The notes under the pieces were generated by a model. The model was given only the letters and a program-made list of their open reading frames with translations, searched no databases and was not told where the DNA came from. The translations under genes and the position numbers were made by a program. DNA of 64,000 nt, taken from positions 92,194,001 to 92,258,000 of the forward strand of contig OX597821.1 of the NCBI GenBank assembly GCA_951406725.2, read 5' to 3'. The stretch is from Octopus vulgaris. Lineage: Eukaryota. Shown one piece after another: positions 38,431 through 53,375 of this stretch (its first letter is position 1; the number at the start of each line of letters is the position of its first letter).

Positions 38431-39075
38431 TAAAGGCAGTGAACTGGTAGAATCATTAGCATGCTGGGCAAAATACTTAGTGGTGCTTTGTTTATCTTTA
38501 AGTTCTGAGTTCAAATTCTGCTGAGGTCAACTTTGCCCTTCATCCTTTCAGAGTCAATAAAACAAGTATCAGTAGAGTACAGGGGCCATGCCTGAAATTG
38601 TTGTCCCTGTGCCAAAATTTAAAGCAAATATTATAACTGACTAAGGCAGTGAGAAGGCAGAGCTGTTAGCACACTGGGTAAAGCGGCATTTCATCTATCT
38701 TTGTGCTCTGAGCTCAAACTCTGCTGAGGTCATCTTTGTCTCTCATTCTTTCAGTGTCAATAAAATAAATACCAGCTGTATACTGGGGTTGATGAAATTG
38801 ACTTACCCTGCCCCGAAACCTACTGGTCTCGTGTCAAAATAAAAAACTCTGTTATAACTGAGTAAGGCGGCAAGTAAAATAGGACAAATGGTTAGCATGC
38901 TGGGCAAAATGCTTTGCAGCATTTCGTCCATTTTTAGATTGTGGGTTCAAATTCCACCAAGGTCAACCTTGCTTTTCGTCCATCTGGGACCCAATACAAT
39001 AAATACCAGTTTAGTACTGGGGTCAATGAACTTTGCTGGGCTTATACCCAAATATTTGAAATCAATTTTGTAACT
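38431..39075 (+). repeat. Three head-to-tail diverged SINE family B-related units (period about 210-220 bp)
   Basis: Unit starts near 38431, 38642 and 38863. Confidence 0.7.
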
Positions 39076-39124
39076 GACTTAAAGTATAATTTCCTGTTAT
39101 TAACACCTTCTTAATTATTACTAA

Positions 39125-39456
39125 CCATCACATCATCATCGTCGTCATTGTTGTAACCATCATCGTCGTCATAATCATCATCATCATCGTCATCATCATC
39201 ATCATCATCATCATCACATTCATCATCATCATTACATTCAACATCGTCATCACCATCATCACATTCATTATCATCCTCACCAACATTCTCATCATCATCC
39301 TCATCGACATCATCATCATCATCATCATCATCGTCGTCGTCATCGTCGTCGTTGTCATCTTCATCATCATCATCATCATCATCACATTCATCATCATCAT
39401 CATCATCGTCGTCGTCGTCGTCGTTGTCATCATCATCATCATCATCATCATCATCA
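39125..39456. repeat. Compound (CAT)n/(CGT)n microsatellite
   Basis: Directly visible. Confidence 0.95.
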
Positions 39457-40119
39457 GTTACTGTACTTCACTATTGTACTATTGCTTAGTCTTACTTTAT
39501 TTTTATATTCACCAACCCATTCACATTTTAATATCAGCATTTTAATTTAAGAAATGTTCTAACTCTCAGAGCCAGCAGCTAGAAGCAATTTCCATTCCAC
39601 ACTTGAAATAGCTCCTCATTATATGTGTTGGGGTGAAGAATTTTTTCTGTATATTTTTTTATAAAATGGAGGAAATTGGATTTTTGTACAAATATCTATA
39701 TATGCATAATACATTCACTCACACTCATACATATGTATATTTAACACGAATATATATGTAAGTGTATATGCATGTGTGTATATGTATGTATGTGTGTATG
39801 TATATGAATAAATATATATCATCATTATATGTAAATCAATGATGATGATGATGTTACTTATATAGACATACACATACATATATATCTGTATGAGTACACT
39901 CAAACATATGTGCATACACGTGTGTTTGTGTATAAATATATGCGACCACACACACACTCATACATTTATTCCTATGTATATATATATATATATATACACA
40001 TATAAATATACATATAGATAGATAGACAACAAGATAGATTGATAGAGAGACAGATAGATAGATATATATAAAGATAGATGCTTATACATATATATATACA
40101 TTTATATATATATGTGTAT

Positions 40120-40171
<52 letters not shown>

Positions 40172-40498
40172 TTATATATCTACTTTATATATATAGATAT
40201 ATATATATACATACAAATATATTTATATACACACATATATATATATATACACAAACACATGAATAAATTTATATATACATAAATATGTATGCATACAGAT
40301 GTATATATGTATGTATGTATGTATAGAGATATATAGGTAGAGAGATACATACATACATGCATGCATACATACATACATACATATATACATACATACATAG
40401 ATTCATGTGTATGTTATACAAATATACATATGTATTTCTTTATATGTGTGTGTATATGAATGTATGCGTGTGTGCACGTGTATGTGTGAGTGCATGCA

Positions 40499-40531
<33 letters not shown>

Positions 40532-41448
40532 GTGTCTGGGTGTACGTGTGTGTGTATATATTTCTGTCTGCATCAGAAAAACAGCATTTGCTTTTGAACG
40601 AAGTGAAAAGTGTTAAACCTGTAATTTATAATACAGCAAACTATCAATTTATATTTGCAATTTGAAGATAATCGGTAGGTGGAATGGAGGAATTTAATCA
40701 CAATTCTGTGTTCTGCTTTATTAGGTAGTTCAAATTCCAGGATAACTTTCCATATGTGTTTAAACCCAACACAATTTCCACTCTACAGTATCTGGAATTA
40801 TCTATGATTGTTATTAACCCGCAAACATAAACACATACATACTTACCTCAGATATTTTCTTTCCTTTATTTTTCCACTTTTTACCATTTTTAAGGTATCT
40901 TTTGCTTGTTTGTTTGTTGTGTTTTTTTTTTTATTTCTGTCTCTCCTAAAATGGTTTTGCGATGTCTGTAAGACTGCAGACTTTTTTGTATGTCTGGTGA
41001 CTTAATGTTGATGTTCACAGCACCTGGGAACCCGCAGTACATTCTGATGATGTTTTTAGTGGTGTTTGTGGGTGAGGAGGCTGGAATGTTGATCTTGTTA
41101 ACTCCTCTTATGATGAGAGTTGGGTATTTTATTCATAATAGTATTACTTAAGTTCTTGAGCAGATTCTAAAGTTTCTATACCACCAAACAAGTATAAGAT
41201 ATATATGTTTTAGTGTATACTTATATTCATATAAACATACATACATGCATAGATACATACACACATATATATATGTGTGTGTGTGTATATATATATATAT
41301 ATAAATATATATATATTCATACACACAAGCACACACACATATCTCTATGTATCTCTCTCTTTATATCAGGCTATCATCTTCCTATCTATCTATTTATTGA
41401 TCTATCTATTTATCTATATATCTATATCTATCTAACTCTGTCTTTCTT

Positions 41449-41493
<45 letters not shown>

Positions 41494-41540
41494 ATATATA
41501 TATGTATGTATGTATGTATGTAGGTATGTATGTATGTATG

Positions 41541-41614
<74 letters not shown>

Positions 41615-42707
41615 TTCATATTTATATATATTCATATATATATATATATATATATTTACATATATATACATATATACATATATATATATATGTACATATA
41701 TATATATGTACATATATATATTTAGATATATATATGTATATATAAATATAGACATATACATATACAAACATATATATATATATACTTCTATCTCTACTTA
41801 CACCTCTCTCTATTTATTTATACATATGCATATAAATGTGTATATATATACATCATCATCATCATCATCGTTTAACGTCCACTTTCCATGCATATACATA
41901 TATGTGTGTATGTATGTGCATATACTTACACACACACACTCACATACACATGCATACACATATACATACATACATACATACTCACAAATACAGATATCTA
42001 TATTCATGGCTCATGTTAATATGACATACATATACTCACACATATATTTATGATTTATACTAGTGTAATAGGTGTGTAAAGTGTATGTATAGAATATGAT
42101 ACGTATAGAAAAATACACGTCCATACACACTATGAGACATTATTGTACATTAAGTTTTCCATAATAATATAGTTTGAAAATTGGAATATTTGTATATTGC
42201 TGGAGCAAATTGATTTTTATAGCCAGATGTCCTTCCTTACAGTAACCATTCAACTGTGAATTAAGAGTAGCACATGTTTTTAGTTAGTCAGACTAAACAA
42301 AACAAATTTAATATAATCTACCTCGAGGCACTATGTAGCTGTTATTATTTAGCCCCAGGTCAACACTGATCAAGGAGATCTATGCTCAAGGACATTCTAG
42401 CCATGTCCATCCTGTACTTTTTTTTTTTCATTTCTTTTTTTCCTTTGGTGCAGGGAACTTGGAACTACATTATCTAATTTGTCATATTTAAAATATGGTA
42501 AGATGTAGTTTGAAGGATATTTGTCTGCTATTTCTAACAATTCGAGTATCCATGTAAAGGTTTCTTCATTGAATTGTGGCACTACATTGTCACTTGTCCT
42601 GTTAGAAATAGCCATCAGAATAATGATAATGATGATGATGACGATGATGATGATGATGATGATGATGAGGAGGAGGAGGAGGAGGAGGAGGAGGAAGAGG
42701 AGGAGGA

Positions 42708-43272
42708 TGCCCTGATGCAGTACCAGGCAGTGGCTCTCATGGCTTCTGATCTTTACTGACTGGAAGTGTTATCACATACATTGTTTTGTCTTAGTTATAT
42801 TAGAAGGGCTACAGCAAATATTCTGCTCAATACCACAGATTTGCTTGTCAGTTGTTTGACCTTAAACATTTGAGCATGTCCTTTGGTGGCTAACGATATG
42901 TGCATACCTGATCACGAGCAGAAGTAGTGGGGGAGCATCATACCCATGTTTTCAGAGGAATTCTTTGGAGTTTGAATAATTCACCTCTGGAAACATGGGT
43001 GTTTCATTCAACATCCTTAAACAACCCTTATTCAGGGACCTTTTGAGCGCGATGGGCTACTCGACCAGAAGAAAATTCTAAGTGGACCCCATTTGCAAGG
43101 TCATGTGCTGTTTATCTTGATATGAGATCACCATGTCGCACACATATGGTTGTGATGCATGTGCCTAGTGTACCCTTATCAGACGGGTAGTCATGATGGG
43201 TATACTAGGGCTTCATATATTTTATCCCTGTGTCACTTTGATGGCATGCTCTGCTCTCTCACTCAATAATAA
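42708..43272 (+). mobile_element. About 560-bp non-coding retroposon ending in (TAA)n
   Basis: Colinear with 43969-44520; 3'-only copies at 35655-35760 and 38048-38175 (-). Confidence 0.75.
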
Positions 43273-43840
43273 TCCTTTCAACTTTAGGCACAAGACCTGA
43301 AATTTTGAGGGAGGAAATAAGTCAGTTACATCGACCCCAGTGTGTAACTGGTACCTATTTCATCGACTCCCAAAAGATGAAAAGCTAAGTTGACCTTGGC
43401 AGTATTTGAGGTCAACCGTAAAGATAGACGAAATACTGCTAAGCATTTTGCCCAGCATGTTAAGGGTTCTGCCAGCTCATCCCCTTAATAACAACAGCAG
43501 CAGCAACAACAACAACAACAATAATAATAATCATTATCATCATTTAACATCCACCTTTCATACTGGCATTGGTTGGACAAAATAATAATAACATCAGGTA
43601 GAGAAGTATATTGGAGAAATTGTAACTGACATGAAGTTAGAGAAAGAACAAAAAACTGCATCACTGAAAACACCTAAGATTTTGAGATTGGTGCTTCAGT
43701 GTTGAGGGTTTACCATGATAAGTTGACATCCTAGTAGCAAAGCCCTGTGGAAAGAGGCCCTGTGACTTCTGACAATAGGCTGCTGTCTACCCTCACTGAA
43801 TCAACCAGAGCAAGTAAGACCAAGATCTCTGAGAAGTAAC

Positions 43841-43881
<41 letters not shown>

Positions 43882-43900
43882 CATAATCATAATAATAATC

Positions 43901-43940
<40 letters not shown>

Positions 43941-43968
43941 TAATAATAATAATAATAATAATGATGAT

Positions 43969-44519
43969 TGCCCTGATGAATTTCCAGCCAGTGGCTCTCA
44001 TGTCTTCTGATCTTAACTGATTGGAAGTGTTATCATGTACATTGTTTTGTCTTGGTATAAAAGATGGGCTACAGCAAATATTCTGCTCAATACCAAAGAT
44101 TTGCTTGTCAGTTGTTTTACCTTAACCAGTTGAGCATGTCCCTTAGTGGCTGACGAACGATATGTGCATCTCTGATCACGAGCAGAAGTAGTGGGGGAGC
44201 ATCATAACCATGTGTTGAGAGGGATTCTTTGGGGTTTGAATAGTTCACCTCTGGAAACATGGGTGGTTCTTTCAACATCCTTAAACAACCCTTATTCAGG
44301 GACCTCTTGAGTGGGATGGGTTACTCAACCAGAAGAAAATTCTAACTGGGCACCACCTACAAGGTCATGTGCCTGTTTATCTTGATACGAGATCACCATG
44401 TCACACATATATGGTTGTGATGCATGTGCCTAGTGTACCCTTATCAGACGGGTAGTCATGATGGGCTTCGTATATTTAACCCCAGTGTCACTTTGATGGC
44501 ATGTACTGCTCTCTCACTC

Positions 44520-44520
<1 letters not shown>
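43969..44520 (+). mobile_element. Second copy of the 560-bp (TAA)n-associated retroposon
   Basis: Same start (tgccctgatg) and end (ctctctcactcaataat) as 42708-43272. Confidence 0.75.
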
Positions 44521-44568
<48 letters not shown>

Positions 44569-44743
44569 TTACTACCCATGTATTTTAATTTAACTTTATT
44601 TCTATCAAAAAAAAAAAAGGAACGAACTAGTGAGTTTAGTTTTATGGCCTACCAATGTATACTATGTGTTTCTTTGCCCTAGGAGTCAGGAAGACACTCG
44701 GCAAGAAATGGAAGCAAATTTGAAAGAAGAAGAAAAACCCATA

Positions 44744-44812
<69 letters not shown>

Positions 44813-45775
44813 CATAATAACAACAACAACAAAAACAATAATAGTAATAATGGATTCTAAATTTAGTACAAGACCTGAAATTTGGGGGAGAGGAGCTAGT
44901 CAGTTATATCGACCCTCAATCCTTGAAAGGAGGAAGTTTGTCATTTAAACTGGTCCTGGTATTTGACTGTAACTTTATTTCATCAACTCTAAAAGTGGCA
45001 AAGATGACCTCAGAATTTAAATTCAGAACATAAAGAGCTGGAGGAATTACCATAATGCATTTTCTCCTAATCGTTAATAATTCTTCCAATCCATTACTCC
45101 TGCTGATATGAAACAGTGTCTGCTTCAGAAACAGGAAACTTAATAATCTACGACAAAAATTTCTGCTGAAATTATAAAGTTCAATAAATTGTGGTTTGCA
45201 CCAGATAAAGATCTATGATATCCACATCCTACCCTTTTTAATAACCTAGATATTATCTGCCCTAGATCATCATTCACCATCCACTTTCCATGCTGGCATG
45301 GGTTAGATGATTTGACTGGAACTGGTAAGTCAGAGAGCTGTACCAGGTTCCAGTCTGATTTTGGGTTGGTTTCCATGGCTGGATGCCCTTTCTAATGCCA
45401 ACCACTTGACAGAATGTTGTGAGTGCCTTTTATGTGTCTCTGGCATGGGTGCATTTATATGTCACTGGCACGGGTGTCAGTGGCACAGGTGTCACCAGCA
45501 CAAGTGTCACCGACATGGGTGTCACTGGCATGGGATATTGGTTTTCAAATTGTAGATATTGGTTTCAAATTTTGCCAGAAAGCCAGAAATGTCCAGGAAC
45601 TGAATAAGTCAATTTCATCGACCCCAGTGTTCAACTGGTACTTATTTGAAAGGCAAAGTTGACCACAGCAGCATTTGAACTCAGAACAGAAAGATGGACG
45701 AAATGCCGCTAAACACTTTGCCCAACAGTCTAACGTCTCTACCAGCTCATCACCTTTACCTAAGCTAGATATGTT

Positions 45776-46330
45776 AGTTAGTTAGTTAATTTTTTGGCTC
45801 AAAAAGCAAAAGCAAGGCCATGTAGGGGGACATGGAGTTATGTACAGGGTGGTGTTCATGTAAAGAGTTCAGGCCACTTGTGGTTAAGGGAGACTTTGAA
45901 CCGAGCAGTCGTCGGCATCTTCACCATCTCATCCGGCAGGTTATTCCACAGATCCGCAACCTGGACTGAGAAAGCCCCTCTCCTTCAATTAAGATGAAAT
46001 CGTCGCAGATAGAGCTTTTCGGAGTGACCCCACAGCCGACACTCTGGAGCAGGAGTGAAGAACAGCTCTTTCGAGAGGTTACACTTTCCGCTTATGATGT
46101 TGTGAGCGAGAATGAGATCACCACGGCGTCTGCGTTTTTCTAGAGAATAAAGGTCGAGCGTCTTCAGCCTTTCTTCATAAGACAAATTCTTGAGACCAAG
46201 AACCATGCGGGTAGCCAGCTTCTGGACTCTTTCGAGATGCTGTATGTCTTTGAGGAGATAAGAAGAGGCTTGAATCCCGTACTCCAATATGGGTCTCACC
46301 AGCGTGACATAGAGCGGTAGGAATATGGCT
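45776..46330 (-). mobile_element. CR1-type LINE 3' fragment
   Basis: RPILEYG..LERVQKLATRMVLGLKNLSYEERL; (TAAC)n tail; TSD-like gcta(g/t)atatgtt. Confidence 0.9.
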
Positions 46331-47048
46331 GCTATATATGTTGGGTGAAGTTAATAGGATCAAACAGAAGGCTACAGTTCGTGGATCCTAAGAAGACTAC
46401 AGTTTGTGATGTACTCTTCGTATTGGCATGCAAAATTCCAGGATGTCATCATTGAGTAAATGTCAGATTCGTAGCTATTTATCATTTCTTGTTTAGTTTA
46501 TAGTTAACAACAAACTTTTGTCACTTCTTATCATGATAACTACTGCTCTTAACCATTTGAAGACCAACAATTCAGCTGGCAGTGAGGCTTTTGCATTCAC
46601 ATATTCACATCTTCTATTATTGTCAATATTTACAAATGCTTTCTTTTGTCCTTTTGTCTAATTTCTGAAAAAGCCATTTCTGTCATTTGTTCATTAGTTA
46701 TTAATTGCATTATATTCAGATATCCACTATTGAAAACAAAGATCTATAGTCTCTGCAGAACACTGAATAATGTTATACAATTGTATTTACATTCATCTAT
46801 GGCAGTATATTCAATTTATAATTGGAATAGTTACATGTAGCAACCCTCTTGCATAATGCCACAATCTGTAGACTTGAAAGATTTCTCTCATTCATTGAGA
46901 ATTGTTTGTCATTTCTAACAGCCACTGCAAGTGTTGGTAGCAGCTGTGAACTTGATAGGGTTAACTAACATACTGCAGAGCAGAAATTATTGATAGAATA
47001 TTTAAGTCTGTGTGTACATATGCATATGTGCATGTGTGTTTTATATAC

Positions 47049-47139
<91 letters not shown>

Positions 47140-48299
47140 GTATATATGTATATGTATATATGTATATGTATATATATATATATGTATATATGTATATGTA
47201 TATGTATATATATATATATATGTATATGTATATATGTATATGTATATATATATATGTATATATGTATATGTATATTTATATATATGTATATGTATGTATG
47301 TATATATATATATATATATATATATACGTATGTATGTATGTTTGTATGTATATATATATGTGTGTGTGTGTGCGTTTTTTTACATATGTGTGCGTGTGAG
47401 ATTTGTTGAGATGGTGGAAGATGGTATGTAGGCATGCTTGTGTAATGCAGAAACAGAAACAAAGCAAATAGCCTGAATGTGCATTGTTTATATTTCTTAT
47501 ATTCAAATATTTCCCTCTGTAATGTTATTTTTATATTGCTTTTGAAAGTGTCCTTATATTGAGCATTTTGGTATGTGTGTGTGTGCATGTGTGAGTGCAT
47601 GAGTGTGTGTGTGTGTGTGCGTGTGTGTGTGTACAGGGTGTCCCAGTGTAAGTGTGCATACACTTAATAATTATAAAATCAGCCTTTTAAAAGGTATTTC
47701 GTTTTCAAAATGTTTATAGAATCCACCCACAAACTCTAATATTGTTATGAATGCCTGTTTTCAAACTGATGACCGTTCTGGTCTTGGTACTGCTAATAAT
47801 ACAAATCAATAGAATTACAAACATCAAGAAACATTTCTGTCTATATGTGTGTGCATTCTTCAAAAGTTGTCAGTTTTGTAGTGCTAACTGTTTTACTATG
47901 TATTCCCAGAAAAGACGTCTAGTGGTGTACGATCTGGTGAATATATAAAATATTCTACCGAACCTCTTCATCCAATTCACCTGTTTGACAAAATCTCCTC
48001 AAGGTAGGCCCTTATATTACTATGGTAATACAGGGATACCCCAGCATATCAGAAATCCACATCTTCAAAGTCCTCTTAAATGATTGGTAACACAAAAAAA
48101 AAAGAATGGTACAATTAATCCCTCCCATGGTAAGCTGCACCATATCGTAATTCTTTGTAAATTGATATGATGTTACCTTGTAATTTACCAATTCTTAGAC
48201 CCCCAATAGGTGAAATTGTTCAAATGAACAAATCATCTTATGCATGCAAATAAAATTACTGCAAAACATTTAAAATTGAAACTAAACTGTTGAAATTAC

Positions 48300-48540
48300 T
48301 CGTGCCAGTGTCACATTGTCGGAGCACTGCATCCTTCAAAACTTCCATGCTTTCTGAGATTCGCCAACACTACACCTGATTTTCTCCCCTCCATACACAC
48401 ACAAGCATGTATCTGACTCATACATTGTTCGCTTTCCAGACATTTTTCACATTACTGCATGTACTTTATATGCACTTTCTGACAAGTTGTGGTGCACCTG
48501 AGCACTGTATACAATAATTTCATTATTATTATTATTATTA
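48300..48540 (+). mobile_element. L2/CR1-group LINE 3' end with (ATT)n tail
   Basis: Ends gcacctgagcactgtatacaataatttcattattatt; resemblance only. Confidence 0.45.
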
Positions 48541-49506
48541 TAAATGATTAAAAGCATTGGTTCTAGTGCCACATAAAATGCACTCACATTGGTACTACAT
48601 TATAAGTACTGTTGTGGATGCCACATAAAAAGCCCCCAGTAAAGTGGTTGACATTAGGAAATCCTCCAGCCATAGAAACCATGCAAAACAGACAACGGAA
48701 CTTGTTGTGGCGTCCAGCCTTTATCAGCTCCAGTCAAATCATCCAACCCATGTCAGCATGGAAAATGGACAATAAATGATGATTCCCCACTGAAGACTAA
48801 CATTCTCAAGAGCAAGACAGGTAAAGTAAGGCACCATTTTTATCTTAGCTGGAATTACATCAGCAAAGAATAAAAATAAAGAAAATGAGTGTTTTTTAAT
48901 TCCTATAATTCTGTTCATCTCCAAGAATGCCTTGGATTAGTTCCAATACTTGACTGGTATATTTTTTATTCCCGTCTTGAAGGATAAAAGGCAAAGCTGA
49001 TGACTATCACACTTGAACTCCTATCCAGCTATCTATCTGTGTGTGTGTGTGGGCATGCGCATGCGTGTGCATGTGTATGTGTGTGTGTGTGCTGCAAAAT
49101 AGATGCTGCTCTCTTGCTGTGGTTCTTAACCTGGGTAATAGGGCCACCTTTATAGGATGTTGTGAAGACATCTTAAACACGTTTTCAGAACATTGCTAAG
49201 ATTAATGTATTAACAGAGCCTTACATTTTCAACGAGCAGGAACAAGATTCACTATGTGCCAAGGTATAATATCATCATCATCATCATCATCATTTAATGT
49301 CTGTTTTCCATGCTGGCATGGGTTGGACAGTTTGACAGGAGTTAGCAAAGCCAGGAGCTACACTAGGCTCCATTTCCTGTTTTAGCATGATTTCTACAGT
49401 TGGATGCCCTCTCAAACACCAACCACTTTCCAGAGTGTACTGGGTGCTTTTTATGTGACACTAGCACCAGTGCCTTTTTATGTGCGTACTTAAAAAAAGG
49501 CACATA

Positions 49507-50011
49507 CCATAAATCCTCGAGTATAATCTGCATTTTTTCCCAAAATTTAAAGGTCAAAATCCCTTGTGCATACTATATACGAGGTTAAAAAAGTGAAAAT
49601 TATTTTCTAAGCAATGTCCGAGTCTCTATTTGCTGTCCGGCAATGTTTATTCAGACACATTTTCTGATGTCGGGCGCGAAAATACCTTAAGCTAAGCCTG
49701 AAAGCAATGAAGTCGTAAAAGAATCATCCATAACTTGCAGCAAGCAACATTTATTAAACGTTATTACTGTTATTTCTTTATTTTCAGCAAACAAAATGCA
49801 CAAAAAAGCTACACGCTTGCATAATGTTATATGTACAATAATAATAAAAGACGTTACCGTATACATTTTTACAAACCAAGGACGTTATATAGCCCTCCTT
49901 GACTCAAGTTAGAGAAGGAGTGTGTATTATACACCATTTTTCAGAGGTACAGCCCCCTAAAAATCCCCTGCGTATTATACTCAAGGGCGGACTATACTCG
50001 AGGATTTACAG
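49507..50011. mobile_element. Non-autonomous Tc1/mariner-superfamily (pogo/Tc2-like) element
   Basis: TIRs ccataaatcctcgagtata / tatactcgaggatttacag, flanked by TA. Confidence 0.8.
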
Positions 50012-50350
50012 TACTGAATTAAAATACTAGGCGTTTTTTCTATTTTTGCATTATTACAAAATATGGAGCAAGTGTAACATTACATTCCATAAAAACCAGC
50101 CTGACCCACAAAAGGTTGATCCACTGCTTTGATGGCTCTTTCCAGAAAACCTGTTACAGAATCGATACAAACAAAAAAGAAGCAAAACAGAAAACAAAGA
50201 AACTAGTCAGGGTTGGAATCAGCAGCAAATTATTTTCATCAAACAGGAGAACATTTTTATGCAGTGGTATATTATCCCATTCATCAAGTATCTCCTAGTT
50301 ATTTGCTGGAAGTAGTGTTTGCTAAGATAAATTTTCATGGAAATTATTAT

Positions 50351-50760
50351 AGGCACAGGAGTGGCTGTGTGGTAAGTAGCTTGTTTACCAACCACATGGT
50401 TCCGGGTTCAGTCCCACTGCGTGGCACCTTGGGCAAGTGTCTTCTACTATAGCCTCGGGCCGACCAAAACCTTGTGAGTGGATTTGGTAGATGGAAACTG
50501 AAAGAAGCCCATCGTATATATGTATATATATGCATGTGTGTGTTTGTGTTTCTGTGTTTGTCCCCCTAGCATTGCTTGACAACCGATGCTGGTGTGTTTA
50601 TGTCCCCGTTACCAAGCGGTTCGACAAAAAAGACCAATAGAATAAGTACTGGGCCTACAAAAGAATAAGTCCCGGGGTCAAGTTGCTCGATTAAAAGCGG
50701 TGCTCCAGCATGGCTGCAGTCAAATGACTGAAACAAGTAAAAGAGTAAAGGAGAGTAAAA
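50351..50760 (+). mobile_element. SINE family A
   Basis: Match to 16662-17086. Confidence 0.9.
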
Positions 50761-51965
50761 GTTTAAAGAAAATAATAACTAATGTAATGAAATTATATTG
50801 GATATTGGTACATCATCATTCATGTTTTTGCCTCCTCTTAACAGAATCTCCCTATTTAAATTGTAATCTTGATAAAAATATTTTGCTTGGCAATGCGTTT
50901 ATCTCTTTAGCATTCAAATTAGTCTCCAAATGTAATGCATTATTCACATTGTTTTGAATTAATCAGGTACTATCTCACAGCTTTGAGATTTCAATGATGT
51001 GATTGTATACGTTTAGCTGATATAGTAGGTTTGGTGTGAGAGACCAGATCAAGCTGGTTTGAACTCAAAATAGGTAGAATATTTCAGCCGAATATGGCCG
51101 GTTTAAATACTAAATGGTTAAAATGTAGATAAATTCTCAAATTAATTATTCAATTTCTAAGAAAACGAGATAAAAAAAAGTTTGTGAAATAAATTAGATT
51201 TTGGTGCCTCATCAAAACTTGCCTCTCTTCTTCATCATCTTCATCATTTAATGTTCGTTTTCTATGCTGGCATGAGTTGGACAGTTTAACAAGAGCTGAC
51301 CAGCTGAAGGGCTCATAAGGCTCTACATCTGTTTTGGCAAGGTTTATACATCGTCCTAATACCAACCACTTTACAGAGTGTACAGGGATGCTTTTAAATT
51401 GCTCCAGTATGGATACTTTTTACATGTTACCAGCACCTAAGAGCTCACAAGATTAGGAATGCTTAACTGAAGTAGGGCACAATGACACCTCAAATCTCCT
51501 TATTGTAAATGAAATTGTCTTGCTTTTAAAATTTCGTTATATGGTTAACTTACCAAGAGATTACCACTCGATTATAAATCAAATATAATTATTCTTCATC
51601 CTCTCATTACTAACATTGCCCCAAAACAGAGAACTGTTATATAAGCTTAACTTGAAATAGAATATGATATGCTTTCATAATGAAACACATGAATGAATAG
51701 ATCTGCCACAACTTTCTGCAATTTATCATCAAGAACTTTATTAAAATTATTCATAATTGCATAAGAAAGGCGAGCAGATTTAACGAAATCAGCAATCAAT
51801 GAAACAAATCTCAAATTGGCTTTATATATATAATTTCCATATCTAATATCAATTTGGTAAACTCATCTGTCATGTTTGATTTATTAATCAGTGAGGCAAA
51901 AATAAGTTCATTTCACACAGGATTTCTGCAAAATTCTATTAAATATGTGTGTATGTGTGTATATA

Positions 51966-52084
<119 letters not shown>

Positions 52085-52119
52085 GTGTGTGTGTGTATAT
52101 GTATATATATATATATGTG

Positions 52120-52264
<145 letters not shown>

Positions 52265-52959
52265 CCAAACTCACACACATACTTGCATCTATACATGCAT
52301 AGACATATGTATAGAGATATGCATACATATGTGTGTGTGTGTGTGTGTTTTTGTTTGTGTGTATGTATGTACATGCATATACACATACGTACATACATAC
52401 ATACATGCATGCATATAACAAATTACAGCCACTTTATTTTATGCTGAACAGAAACAAAGTTCCTCCAGTGAGCAGGTAGTCTTTATCAATGCAACTGAAT
52501 ACAGAATTGTTGTTATCTCCTGGCTTTTATTAAAAACCAGATATTAAATAGAAGATAATAGTTCAACGGTTCAGGATGTGTGGTCCGAAAATGATGTCTG
52601 AGGTTAGCTTTCCTTTGTTCTATTCATCAAAGGGTGAAGTTTGAGTTTGTTGGAGAATTCGCAGTGCACAGGCAAGCACGACTACCAAAATCGGTGTTCG
52701 ATTCCTGCTATCTTCAATAGTGTCTAAAAATTCTATCTAAAACATATATCCACTGAGACAGACTGATAGTAAAATTGATCAATAACTTCTGCTATTGATA
52801 GCACTACTATGGATTTGCTAATGACTACTATATAATAGTTATTCTATGAAATTAAACAGTGTTACTGTGTTTCATTTTATTACTGTTAAATACTATAGAA
52901 AATATCTATAGATTTATAAGCCAACATTGTACGTATTTATATACAATATGTCTATGTGT

Positions 52960-53375
52960 ATATATTTAAAAGGCTAAAAGACCACTATGTGGTCAGCCAT
53001 ATGCTAGAAGTAGATCACCTGCGATCAAACTACAAAGAAAGGAATGTTCTCTAGAGAAAAATTCAGCGGACACCAGAACAATATACGGGCAAGACAAATG
53101 AAAATTATATAAAAAAAACAAGAATTAACCGCAGACCTAGGTTTCGTCTATTACCGAATGAATCACTTATGTAATCCTCGTCCATAGGGCTCGTCAGTAC
53201 GATCGTTCCACAGGTAATATAATTTGTAAAACTAACCACCAGTTTTCCGTATAAAAAACAGACACGTGCTTAGTTTCTCCGATTACATTGGGGTTAATTT
53301 CAAATGTCTGAGTTCTGGCGCGCTAAAATTCCGGAAACAAAATCTGCAGTAAATAATTTATTGCAGTTAATGCTG
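52960..53375 (-). mobile_element. Second, diverged member of hammerhead-bearing family A
   Basis: Colinear blocks shared with 190-592. Confidence 0.6.
53128..53203 (-). ncRNA. Type I hammerhead ribozyme motif with extended helix II
   Basis: AUCGUA-CUGACGA-GCCCUAU[insert]AUAGAC-GAAA-CCUAGG-UC-UGCGGU; helix I 6 bp with two G-U pairs; palindromic helix III. Confidence 0.75.

Noticed and set aside
39128-39454. Poly-Met/Thr ORF
   Set aside because: (GAT)n/(GAC)n microsatellite artefact.
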